13,270 nucleotides of DNA from Nanopusillaceae archaeon (GCA_038833255.1 JAWBIX010000009.1:1-13270); one strand, 5' to 3'. Positions 1 to 7,480 are shown, counted from the first letter of the stretch. Notes: generated by a model from the letters alone, not told the origin. A program made the numbers and translations.

Positions 1-986
1 TTATTTACACATTTTTCACTAACAAAGAAACTAAATACATCTTTATATGGTTCTAAATAAAACTTACAAGTATTTATATATATTTCTCCAGATCCTCGAT
101 TTTTTGTAACATAAAGCATATAGTCTTTTTTAGTTAAATTAAAAATTTGCATAAAAATATTAGAAGATGTTTGAACTTTTAAGTTAATTGGTGTTCTAAT
201 TTTAGAAACAAATTTTATGATGTTTTTTCCACTATTCAAATATTTTGTAATATCAAAAGAATTATGAATACAAGAATAAAGAGGTATTCTATTTTCATTT
301 ATGTATAACTCCACAGAGTTTGGATCTGTAGGACAAAAATTGTAAATTAAAAAAACATTTTCATTTTGTTTATAGAAATAATCAAAAGATAATTCGCTTC
401 TTTTCACAAAAAGTATCTTTAAATTTCTTATTTCAAAAATAGCATCAGAAAATAATGATTTTGGATAAAACCTAAATATCAAAAAGTTGATGTCTTTATT
501 TAAATATTCTTTTTGAACAAAAAAGTTTAGTAATTCATTTGGGCATCCTTCAAAAATCAAAATATTATTAATAAAAATCTCTATTTTTCCATTATAACAT
601 TTAGAAACAAAACTTAATGCAATACCCTCCCCCTCATAGTAAGAAAAGGTTAATTTTTTACTTTTAACTCCAGAAAAAATATTTGTTCTAATAGAAAAAC
701 TTTCGAAATTCATTTCATAAAAACTAATTAGTTCTCCTAAATAGTAATTTTCAGCTATAAGTATTTCTTTTCTACCAGAATAAAGATATATATTTTCAAT
801 TACGTTCCCTCGTAAATGTCTTTCAGGAATTTCGTAAGTTGGCCTTTCTTGTGAAATATTTTTCTTTTCATAAATTTCCTCAAGTATCTTCTCTTTTTCT
901 GATACTGGTAACAATATCCAATATATAAAAATTAAAATTCCAACAAATATCATAAATAGCCCTAATACTGCAAATTGGTTTCTCAT
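1..986 (-). CDS. hypothetical membrane-anchored protein (N-terminal TM helix; 3' end runs off the window)
   Basis: The start is an ATG on the complement at 984-986. Hand translation in that frame stays open to position 1: MRNQFAVLGLFMIFVGILIFIYWILLPVSEKEK...YLEPYKDVFSFFVSEKCVN, about 328 codons. It is absent from the ORF track, presumably because no in-window stop exists. It has one N-terminal hydrophobic helix and then a hydrophilic, beta-looking domain with no motif I recognise. I was unsure of one base in 721-780 during hand translation, so frame continuity there should be re-verified. Confidence 0.55.
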   Translation of the reverse strand, partial: MRNQFAVLGLFMIFVGILIFIYWILLPVSEKEKILEEIYEKKNISQERPTYEIPERHLRGNVIENIYLYSGRKEILIAENYYLGELISFYEMNFESFSIRTNIFSGVKSKKLTFSYYEGEGIALSFVSKCYNGKIEIFINNILIFEGCPNELLNFFVQKEYLNKDINFLIFRFYPKSLFSDAIFEIRNLKILFVKRSELSFDYFYKQNENVFLIYNFCPTDPNSVELYINENRIPLYSCIHNSFDITKYLNSGKNIIKFVSKIRTPINLKVQTSSNIFMQIFNLTKKDYMLYVTKNRGSGEIYINTCKFYLEPYKDVFSFFVSEKCVN

Positions 987-1014
987 ATTTTATCATAATA
1001 TATTTTTGTATATT

Positions 1015-2019
1015 TTAATATCTAACTTTACAAACAATACCAAATTTATCAATTAAATCAAAATTTTTATTATATTTATAAACAAAATATATCTCTGCTC
1101 TGCACACTTCCAATTTATCAATTAGATCTAAAAACTTTTCAAAGTCTTTTTTATCAGATTTTATTTTCCTAAACCATTCAAACGATACAAGGATGTATTC
1201 TACGTTACATTCTAATACTTTATTATAAACTTCATCTAAACCAAAAGAAACTTTATCTTTAGTTATAGAAAATAAAAAATCATCAATAATTTTATTTATC
1301 TCAATGATTTCCAAATCTTTTAAAAAATCTAAATATTCTTTTCTATTTAAAAATTCATATATTCCTGCTATTCCACCTATAGATATTTTAAAAGAGTATA
1401 TTTTTTTGTTTGGCATTTTTTCTTTTAAATATTCAGAAAATTTTTCTGGATAAAAAACAGGACCAACAACAAGAATTATGTTTGAATCTTCCTTTATAGT
1501 ATTTATAGCTTCAGAATATATTTTTTTTAATATACTTTCTCTTTCTGGATCTTCTTTAGATATATGAAAATCTCTATCATAAATTATTTCTAACTTGTCA
1601 TTTATTTTTCCAACAGAAATTGAATTATTGTCTACAGACACTATATAAAAACTCTTTTTAGATTTGCTTTTTTCTAACTCTTTAATATCATAATATTTGA
1701 ACGGCTTTTGCTTTTTAATTATCACTTCAGATCCTACTTTTAAGTCGAAAGTGTGATAATGGCCTTGTACTTCTTCAGAAGCTTCTAAAATTTTTCCAGA
1801 GATTCTTAAATTATCCGAATATTCTGAAAAATAAATATCTTCTACTAAAATTCTAATCCAAACTTTCTTTCTTTCTTTTTGATTATTTATTTCAATAACT
1901 CTATAATCATAACCTTCAAGAATATCTCCTGGATTAATTATTTTATAAACTGTAATCAAATCTTTATCTTTTTCTATATAAATTTTCAATGTTTTTCTAT
2001 CAAAAAAATCATATTTCAT
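1015..2019 (-). CDS. pelA: Pelota (Dom34-like mRNA surveillance / ribosome rescue factor)
   Basis: The 334-aa ORF shows Pelota-typical blocks: LRISGKILEASEEVQGHYHTFDLKVGSEVIIKK (N-domain), IILVVGPVFYPEKFSEYL and GGIAGIYEFL (central domain), and C-terminal FGIVCKVRY. It has no GGQ or NIKS motif, so it is not aRF1. The start lies 1 nt after the upstream gene's stop codon. Confidence 0.8.
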   Translation of the reverse strand: MKYDFFDRKTLKIYIEKDKDLITVYKIINPGDILEGYDYRVIEINNQKERKKVWIRILVEDIYFSEYSDNLRISGKILEASEEVQGHYHTFDLKVGSEVIIKKQKPFKYYDIKELEKSKSKKSFYIVSVDNNSISVGKINDKLEIIYDRDFHISKEDPERESILKKIYSEAINTIKEDSNIILVVGPVFYPEKFSEYLKEKMPNKKIYSFKISIGGIAGIYEFLNRKEYLDFLKDLEIIEINKIIDDFLFSITKDKVSFGLDEVYNKVLECNVEYILVSFEWFRKIKSDKKDFEKFLDLIDKLEVCRAEIYFVYKYNKNFDLIDKFGIVCKVRY

Positions 2020-2020
2020 T

Positions 2021-3004
2021 TTAAATTATAGAAAAGATATAAGCTAATGTTATTGCTGGAACAAAAGGGGCTCCTTCTTTTACAACAAATTTTGTATCTT
2101 TATCAACAATTTTTTTTAATAGTTCAATTTGTTTTTTTGAAAGTCCTAAATCATCCTTAAATATTTTATCATGTATAAATGTTAAAAGCAAGATTATGAA
2201 AATAGTAGAAAGTAAAAATAGTTGAATACTGTTATAAAAAATAAGAGGCACTAGAACTATAGATAATGTTATAAATTTCCTTTTATTGTTATAGTTTTTT
2301 AATTTTATTATATATAAATCTCCTTTTTTTTCTAAAACAAAATTTTTACTTATTTCTTCTAATAATTCTTCAGGAATATTTTTTACTTCTATTTCATTTT
2401 CTACCCAATCTCCTTCTACAAGTTCATCTACTGATCTTTCAAATGTTAATTCTTTTTTTATTTTTTCTTCATATAATTTTAATATTATTGTGGAAATTAA
2501 AAGAAGAAAAGAAGATATTAAAAATAGATTATACATTTCTATTATATTTTTAAAAATAATTGAAAATAGTATTCCAGCTAATATACTTAATATCATAGCT
2601 ACTGTCACAAAAAAAAGATTTTTAATTTCTTTATTTTTATAAAATATTTTAATAGCTTCTATACTATGAAAAACCGCTCCAAAAATAGCGAGCATTATAA
2701 AAAAAACCAAAATTTGTTGAAAATTTAAATTTGATAAAAAGAAAAGTAGAGAAAACATAATATATAAATCTCCAATTGCTAAAAACTTAAAAAGATACAT
2801 CAAAAAAAAGAAAATTAATATAAAATAAGCATAAAGATAATTACCATTTACATTCCCGATTAGTAAGTTATATGTTGCTATTGAAAAAGCAAAAACTAAT
2901 AGTAAATAATGTATTATATCACTAACGCTTTTTTTAAAAAAATCTTGAACAGACGCAATAGATAATAATGATATAAGTATTAAATTTGCAATATCTATTC
3001 CCAT
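2021..3004 (-). CDS. A24-family aspartic peptidase-like membrane protein (prepilin/preflagellin peptidase, FlaK/PibD-like)
   Basis: This is a polytopic membrane protein. The first Asp motif is in SIASVQDFFKKSVSD, the second in LAIGDLYIM (compare GxGD), and the C-terminal GAPFVPAITLAYI resembles the conserved PF.P block of A24 peptidases. A soluble insert of about 55 aa (ELVEGDWVENEIEVKNIPEELLEEISKNFVLEKKGDLYIIKLKNY) sits between TM segments, as in FlaK. The ORF track starts at a TTG (3025). I prefer the first ATG at 3004 (MGIDIANL...) because a TATA-like TTTTTATTAA on this strand (3029-3038) then lies about 27-30 nt upstream. Confidence 0.55.
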   Translation of the reverse strand: MGIDIANLILISLLSIASVQDFFKKSVSDIIHYLLLVFAFSIATYNLLIGNVNGNYLYAYFILIFFFLMYLFKFLAIGDLYIMFSLLFFLSNLNFQQILVFFIMLAIFGAVFHSIEAIKIFYKNKEIKNLFFVTVAMILSILAGILFSIIFKNIIEMYNLFLISSFLLLISTIILKLYEEKIKKELTFERSVDELVEGDWVENEIEVKNIPEELLEEISKNFVLEKKGDLYIIKLKNYNNKRKFITLSIVLVPLIFYNSIQLFLLSTIFIILLLTFIHDKIFKDDLGLSKKQIELLKKIVDKDTKFVVKEGAPFVPAITLAYIFSII

Positions 3005-3038
3005 AAACTTTTTATCTTTACACAAGAATTAATAAAAA
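3005..3038. promoter_or_regulatory. divergent promoter spacer (peptidase gene leftward, C/D sRNA rightward)
   Basis: TTTTTATCTTTA on + (3009-3020) is centred about 25 nt upstream of the sRNA 5' end. TTTTTATTAA on - (complement of 3029-3038) is centred about 29 nt upstream of ATG 3004. TATA calls are weak in sequence this AT-rich. Confidence 0.3.
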
Positions 3039-3092
3039 TTGATGATGTTGGTGAGCACCCCCTGATTGATGATGAGGGGAGTAGCTACTGAA
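3039..3092 (+). ncRNA. C/D box sRNA (2'-O-methylation guide RNA)
   Basis: The + strand reads UUGAUGAUGUUGGUGAGCACCCC CUGA UUG AUGAUGA GGGGAGUAGCUA CUGA. C box: UGAUGA at 3040-3045, with an overlapping AUGAUGU at 3042-3048. D' box: CUGA at 3062-3065. C' box: AUGAUGA at 3069-3075. D box: CUGA at 3088-3091. There is an exact 12-nt guide before D and a 3-nt D'-C' spacer. The element sits in a GC-rich island within the only sizeable intergenic gap. No box motifs occur on the opposite strand. Confidence 0.75.
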
Positions 3093-3126
3093 AAGATTAA
3101 GAAATATAAGGAATAATTAAAATATT

Positions 3127-3492
3127 ATGCCAATTATTTCATTATCGCCAGAATTTTTAAAATTAAGATCTGAAAAAATAGAAAAGATTAAAGAAAAAAG
3201 AAAAATGATAGTAAATAAAAAAATAACTTTAATTTTTAAAAAGGAATATCAAATTAATGAAAAAGATTTTATAAGAAAATTAGCTGAAGATTTACATATT
3301 CTTAGTTCAAAAAATCTTTATGATGAAATATACATTGTTAAAGATGATAAATTAATAGATGAATATTCTATTAAAGAGATTTATAGTTATATAAAAAATA
3401 GAGAAAGAAAAAATTTAGCAAAAATAGCTAAAAGCTTAACAAACACTATAAACAGACTAATAAAAATTATAGAAATAATAAAGAACAAATAA
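3127..3492 (+). CDS. hypothetical lysine-rich small protein (121 aa)
   Basis: This is the only long + strand ORF here and it is not antisense to another gene. It has an ATG start 35 nt after the sRNA D box. The composition is basic and helical (KIEKIKEKRK..., C-terminal INRLIKIIEIIKNK). I recognise no family motif. Confidence 0.5.
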   Translation: MPIISLSPEFLKLRSEKIEKIKEKRKMIVNKKITLIFKKEYQINEKDFIRKLAEDLHILSSKNLYDEIYIVKDDKLIDEYSIKEIYSYIKNRERKNLAKIAKSLTNTINRLIKIIEIIKNK

Positions 3493-4728
3493 CTAAATCC
3501 TTTTCTTTAAATTTTCTAAAATTTCATTTTGTCTCTCATAAAGCTTTTTCAATGCATATTCTATGTTTTTTATTCTTTCTCTATCAAAACTATCTCTATT
3601 AATAATTTCTCTTTTTAAATTCTCTACATCTGTTTCCAACAACTTTAGTCTTTCTATATAGTCATATAGTTCTTCTATATTTGCTAATTTTATTTTATTT
3701 TCTATTTCTTTTATTTTTTCATTAATTTTATCACTTTCTTTAGTTAGATATAGCATTATATCATGAATATCTCTAATTTCTTTTCTTAGGTTTTCTATGA
3801 TATTTTTAAGATTATTCATTAGTTTTTCTACAGATTCTATTCTATTTTCTATAGCTTTTATTCTTTCTACTTTCCTATCATACTCCTCTCTAAAACTATT
3901 TCTTATTTCCTCTTCTAAAGAGTACAAAGAACTTACGATATTATTTAATCTATTTTCTAAATTTAATGTTTTTTTGTATATTTCTTTATAAGATGCTATT
4001 TCCCTTATATTCTGTATGTCTTCTTCGCTAATAGTTTCTAATATTTTGTTATTCAATATTTTTTCCTTTAATTTATTTATATCACTTTTTAGATCATTTA
4101 TCACCCTTTCTAAAAATCCTTGTATGTTTGGTAAAGATTCATTTTCTATCTTATCCAATCTGTCATTGATTTTAATAATATCTGCTATTTTTTGTTTTAA
4201 TTCTAAGGATATTTTAGAAATCTCTTTTTCAATATTTTTTATTTTTTCAAAATATTCATTGTACTTTTCTTTATCTATATAATTTAATTTTATTGTCTCT
4301 AAATCACTAGAAATTTGATTTATAGAACTTTTTATATTATTTATTTCCGTTAATATATCGTCTATTTTTGCGTATTCCTCTAATTTTTTCAATCTTTTTT
4401 CTAACTTTAATAATTCAGATTTTATCTCCAATAAATCAGAATCTTTTATTAAATTTTTATACTCTGTTTCTAATATTTCTATTTTAGTTTTCAAATTATT
4501 AAGATTTTTTATATTTTCCAAAATATCCTTATCTGTTATTTTTGAAATTTCAAATATTTTATCTTCTATACTATCTAGTCTCTTTTTTATTTCTGAAATA
4601 GAATCGTAAAAAACTTTATTTTCAACAAACTTGCTACTCTTCTTTTCGAGATTTGAAATTTTTGTTTGTAAATTTTTTATAATGTCTAATATTTGCTCCG
4701 CTACTGAAGAAAAATCAATATCGTTCAT
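3493..4728 (-). CDS. hypothetical long coiled-coil protein (411 aa)
   Basis: The 411-aa ORF has no TM segment and no nucleotide-binding motif. It is almost entirely heptad-like K/E/I/L/N sequence with recurring I-K/N-N-L/I-x3-I/L-x2-L-E-type segments (IKNLQTKISNLEKK, IKNLNNLKTKIEILETEY, INDLKSDINKLKEKI, VERIKAIENRIESVEKLMNNLKNIIENLRKEI). Its start overlaps the upstream coiled-coil ORF by 14 nt. Confidence 0.7.
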   Translation of the reverse strand: MNDIDFSSVAEQILDIIKNLQTKISNLEKKSSKFVENKVFYDSISEIKKRLDSIEDKIFEISKITDKDILENIKNLNNLKTKIEILETEYKNLIKDSDLLEIKSELLKLEKRLKKLEEYAKIDDILTEINNIKSSINQISSDLETIKLNYIDKEKYNEYFEKIKNIEKEISKISLELKQKIADIIKINDRLDKIENESLPNIQGFLERVINDLKSDINKLKEKILNNKILETISEEDIQNIREIASYKEIYKKTLNLENRLNNIVSSLYSLEEEIRNSFREEYDRKVERIKAIENRIESVEKLMNNLKNIIENLRKEIRDIHDIMLYLTKESDKINEKIKEIENKIKLANIEELYDYIERLKLLETDVENLKREIINRDSFDRERIKNIEYALKKLYERQNEILENLKKRI

Positions 4729-5053
4729 TTTCTATTATTTTTTTATCTATTTTTAAATACTTTTCCTCCAATTTTTCTAATCTTATTTTTAATTTTTCAA
4801 TATCTTTTTTCAAAATTTCTAAATTTTTTTCGATATTATCGATTTTTTGAAAATTTAAATTTATATTTTCTATTAATTCACTTAAATTTTTAATTAAATC
4901 TTTTAACCTAGCGTTTTCTTTTTTCTTTTTATTCAAAAGCTTATTAAACTTATAAAAAATTATAAAATATGCTTTTTTATATTTTTTTTCTGCTTTTTCT
5001 AATTCTTTAATTTTGTTTTCTAATTGTTTTATTATGTTTTCTTCTTCTAACAT
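4715..5053 (-). CDS. hypothetical small coiled-coil protein (112 aa)
   Basis: The 112-aa ORF has two predicted helical K/E-rich segments (IKQLENKIKELEKAEKKYKK; LKDLIKNLSELIENINLNFQKIDNIEKNLEILKKDIEKLKIRLEKLEEKYLKI) separated by a hydrophobic AYFIIFYKF stretch. It starts 18 nt downstream of the polB stop and overlaps the 411-aa ORF. Confidence 0.6.
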   Translation of the reverse strand: MLEEENIIKQLENKIKELEKAEKKYKKAYFIIFYKFNKLLNKKKKENARLKDLIKNLSELIENINLNFQKIDNIEKNLEILKKDIEKLKIRLEKLEEKYLKIDKKIIENERY

Positions 5054-5071
5054 AAAATAAATATAGTTCTT

Positions 5072-7480
5072 CTATTTAAAAAATCTTAAAATATCTCTTT
5101 GTCCAGAAACAATTATTTCTTTATTTATATTAAAAAGTCTAAGTATTCCTTCTATAGGCTGAAAAACTTGCTTTTCTATGTAATATTCCGGATCGTATTC
5201 TTTATTTTTACATTCATCGGGAATTTTTACTTTATCAGATATTTTCTCTCCTCCAACACAAACAATATATTCTACTATAAAACCTTCAGTTACTTTATAC
5301 CCGCGGTCTTTATATTTTTTTGCTGCAACGACATGTGGAGCCTCTACTTCATACTCACTTAAATTTTTTCTTAATTGTTCTCTTATTATAAAATATTCTA
5401 ATGGTAGTTCTTTTTTCCTAATCTTATTAATTATATCTCTTAGATAAAGTATTATCCCTTCCTTATCTTCTTTTAGAGCTAGTTTTATAACATCTTCTTG
5501 AACTATTTTCGATAACTCTGACCAATCCCTTCTAACAGCTTCAAAACCTCTTAATTTTATTGTATTGTCTTCAGCTAGCAATGCATACTTTTTCTTCGCT
5601 CCTCTACGTTCTCCTCTTTTTCCTACAAATATTCCCGAAACATAGAAATTTTCTATTTCCAACTCCATTGGCTTAGGTAAAATAGAATTTATTTCTTCTA
5701 TTATTTTTAAATCTTCTTTAGAATTTAAAATAGCAAAAATGCTATCAGTATCTCCATATATAACCCTAAAATTCTTTTTTTCTAAATATTCTATAGTTTT
5801 TTTGATAAATTCTCTCCCGTATGCTGTTATAGCTGCGGCACAATTTATACAATACCATCTTGATGCAGGAAAACCTAAATAACCATACATTGAATTCATT
5901 AATATTTTTAAAGCATATTGTTTTGCATCTATTGCTTTGTATTCTTTAGAACTTGGACTTAATTCTTTTAATTTCTTTTTTAATTTTGCTCTTTCTCTAA
6001 ATATTTCATCCAGAATTGTCGGAATATATCCTCTTCTATTTTTACAAAACCATACTTTGCTTTTTCCTTCGCTTGTTTCTATTTCTATTAAATTTTGTCT
6101 ACATTCTTCATGTTCGCAATTTATAGTATCTGGAGAGATATTATAAACAATTATTATAGAAGGGTAAAGCGATCTAAAATCAAATACTGCGATGTTTTTA
6201 TAAAATCCTGGTTCTGGTTCTAGAACAAAAGCTCCAGTATACGTTTTCTTAGATCTTTCATTAATTTCTTCTGGTTTTGGGCGATTTGGAACGATTTCAT
6301 TAAATTCTCTGCTTTTTTTTATTAAATAGTTTTCTACTAAAGTTCCATAAGTAGATAAAGATGTCTCATATAACGATTGCCCTGTTATTTTCGATAATTC
6401 TAATAATATCGGTTCAAAATACTTATATAATTTATACGTTAGTTCTATATCTCTCCTATTGTACTTTATTATATCTGAAAAGTCTTTCTGTTTTAAGGCA
6501 CTTCTTATCTTTTCTAAATCCATTTCTTCTTTACCATATCCTAAAACTTCTTTAGCTACACTATCTAAAGATAAGGTTTCTGATTTTAATTGTCCAGAAA
6601 ATATATTTGATAAAAATATAAAAAGATCTACATGTTGTATTCCGGAAATTTTGTATCTTTTATCTTCTTCTCTTTTTTTAGTTAAAATAATTCCTCTTTC
6701 GTCCCATCCAAAATTAAAATTAAAATTTATTTTCTTACATCTTTCATATAAATAATTTAAATCAAAATTATGCGAATTATATCCAACAATTACATCCGGA
6801 TCCAAATTTTTAATTAATTCATTAAATTTCTCAAATAATTCATATTCGTTTTTTACTTTAATTCCATCATTTGATTCTGCCCCCCAATATATTATAAAAT
6901 CTTTTTCTCCATCATAAACTCCAATAACATGAACTGGATGTTTTTCAGGATTTGGAACATAAATTCCTTCAGCCAAAACCTCAATATCTATAGCTACAAC
7001 TTTAAAATTATAATTATCGTCTAACTTCTCATTTATTTTTTTTAATTTATATATTTTGATATTTTTTGTCTCTCTTAAAAGTTCCACATCTAAATCATAC
7101 CAATAAAGAGGATATATGTTATTGTCTATAGAATATTTTTTGTTTCTACTTAAATCTACTTCTTTTTTTCCAATAATTTTCCCTTCTTCCTTTAAAGAAT
7201 CACAAACTTTTTTTAATTTTTCATAATCTTCTTCTCTAAAAACAATTTTTAAAACTCTATAATTTTTTCCCATCCATTTCTTATTTTCGATAAATATCTT
7301 TTTTTCTATCTCTAAATTATTTATTTTTTGATATACCTCATCAAAATATTCATCAAATGGAATTACATAAACGTAAAAGGGATATTCCACTTCAATTCTA
7401 CATTTATTTCTATTTTCATCACGAGCATATATTATTACTTTGTCTTTTTCGTGCTCTAAAGATAAAATAAAAAATTTCAT
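5072..7480 (-). CDS. polB: family B DNA polymerase (archaeal PolB), contiguous and intein-free
   Basis: 802 aa. Exo I: VAIDIEV. Exo II: YNSHNFDLNYL. Exo III: YNRRDIELTYKLY. Pol motif A: FDFRSLYPSIII. Motif B: KILMNSMYGYLG. Motif C: YGDTDS. KKKYALL plus RGFEAVRRDWSE is also present. The length is normal for an intein-free enzyme. Confidence 0.95.
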   Translation of the reverse strand: MKFFILSLEHEKDKVIIYARDENRNKCRIEVEYPFYVYVIPFDEYFDEVYQKINNLEIEKKIFIENKKWMGKNYRVLKIVFREEDYEKLKKVCDSLKEEGKIIGKKEVDLSRNKKYSIDNNIYPLYWYDLDVELLRETKNIKIYKLKKINEKLDDNYNFKVVAIDIEVLAEGIYVPNPEKHPVHVIGVYDGEKDFIIYWGAESNDGIKVKNEYELFEKFNELIKNLDPDVIVGYNSHNFDLNYLYERCKKINFNFNFGWDERGIILTKKREEDKRYKISGIQHVDLFIFLSNIFSGQLKSETLSLDSVAKEVLGYGKEEMDLEKIRSALKQKDFSDIIKYNRRDIELTYKLYKYFEPILLELSKITGQSLYETSLSTYGTLVENYLIKKSREFNEIVPNRPKPEEINERSKKTYTGAFVLEPEPGFYKNIAVFDFRSLYPSIIIVYNISPDTINCEHEECRQNLIEIETSEGKSKVWFCKNRRGYIPTILDEIFRERAKLKKKLKELSPSSKEYKAIDAKQYALKILMNSMYGYLGFPASRWYCINCAAAITAYGREFIKKTIEYLEKKNFRVIYGDTDSIFAILNSKEDLKIIEEINSILPKPMELEIENFYVSGIFVGKRGERRGAKKKYALLAEDNTIKLRGFEAVRRDWSELSKIVQEDVIKLALKEDKEGIILYLRDIINKIRKKELPLEYFIIREQLRKNLSEYEVEAPHVVAAKKYKDRGYKVTEGFIVEYIVCVGGEKISDKVKIPDECKNKEYDPEYYIEKQVFQPIEGILRLFNINKEIIVSGQRDILRFFK

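Noticed and set aside
900-986. N-terminus of the first ORF as a class III (type IV pilin-like) signal peptide, i.e. a substrate for the nearby A24 peptidase
   Set aside because: MRNQFAVLGLFM lacks the K/R followed by G/A cleavage context. It looks like a plain signal anchor.
3797-4282. The + strand ORFs of 64 and 88 aa (3797-3991, 4016-4282) antisense to the 411-aa coiled-coil gene
   Set aside because: These are F/L/S/I-rich translations, which is what the reverse complement of AAR/GAR/ATH-rich coiled-coil codons produces. They lie wholly inside a longer, better-supported ORF and have no independent start context.
4715-5053. The 112-aa coiled-coil ORF as prefoldin beta subunit
   Set aside because: The size and helix-hydrophobic core-helix layout are superficially similar. 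However, the N-terminal helix is too short and the central stretch (AYFIIFYKFNKLL) does not resemble the prefoldin beta-hairpin motif. The identification is not supportable without a profile search.
5099-6755. The + strand ORFs (5099-5362, 5937-6146, 6361-6555, 6459-6755) antisense to polB
   Set aside because: These are shadow ORFs inside a motif-verified polB gene. They have low-complexity hydrophobic composition and two of them overlap each other.
5072-7480. Possible intein or split in PolB
   Set aside because: The motifs Exo I-III and Pol A, B, C are contiguous with normal spacing. The 802-aa length leaves no room for an intein, and I saw no intein block (for example a terminal HN followed by C/S/T).
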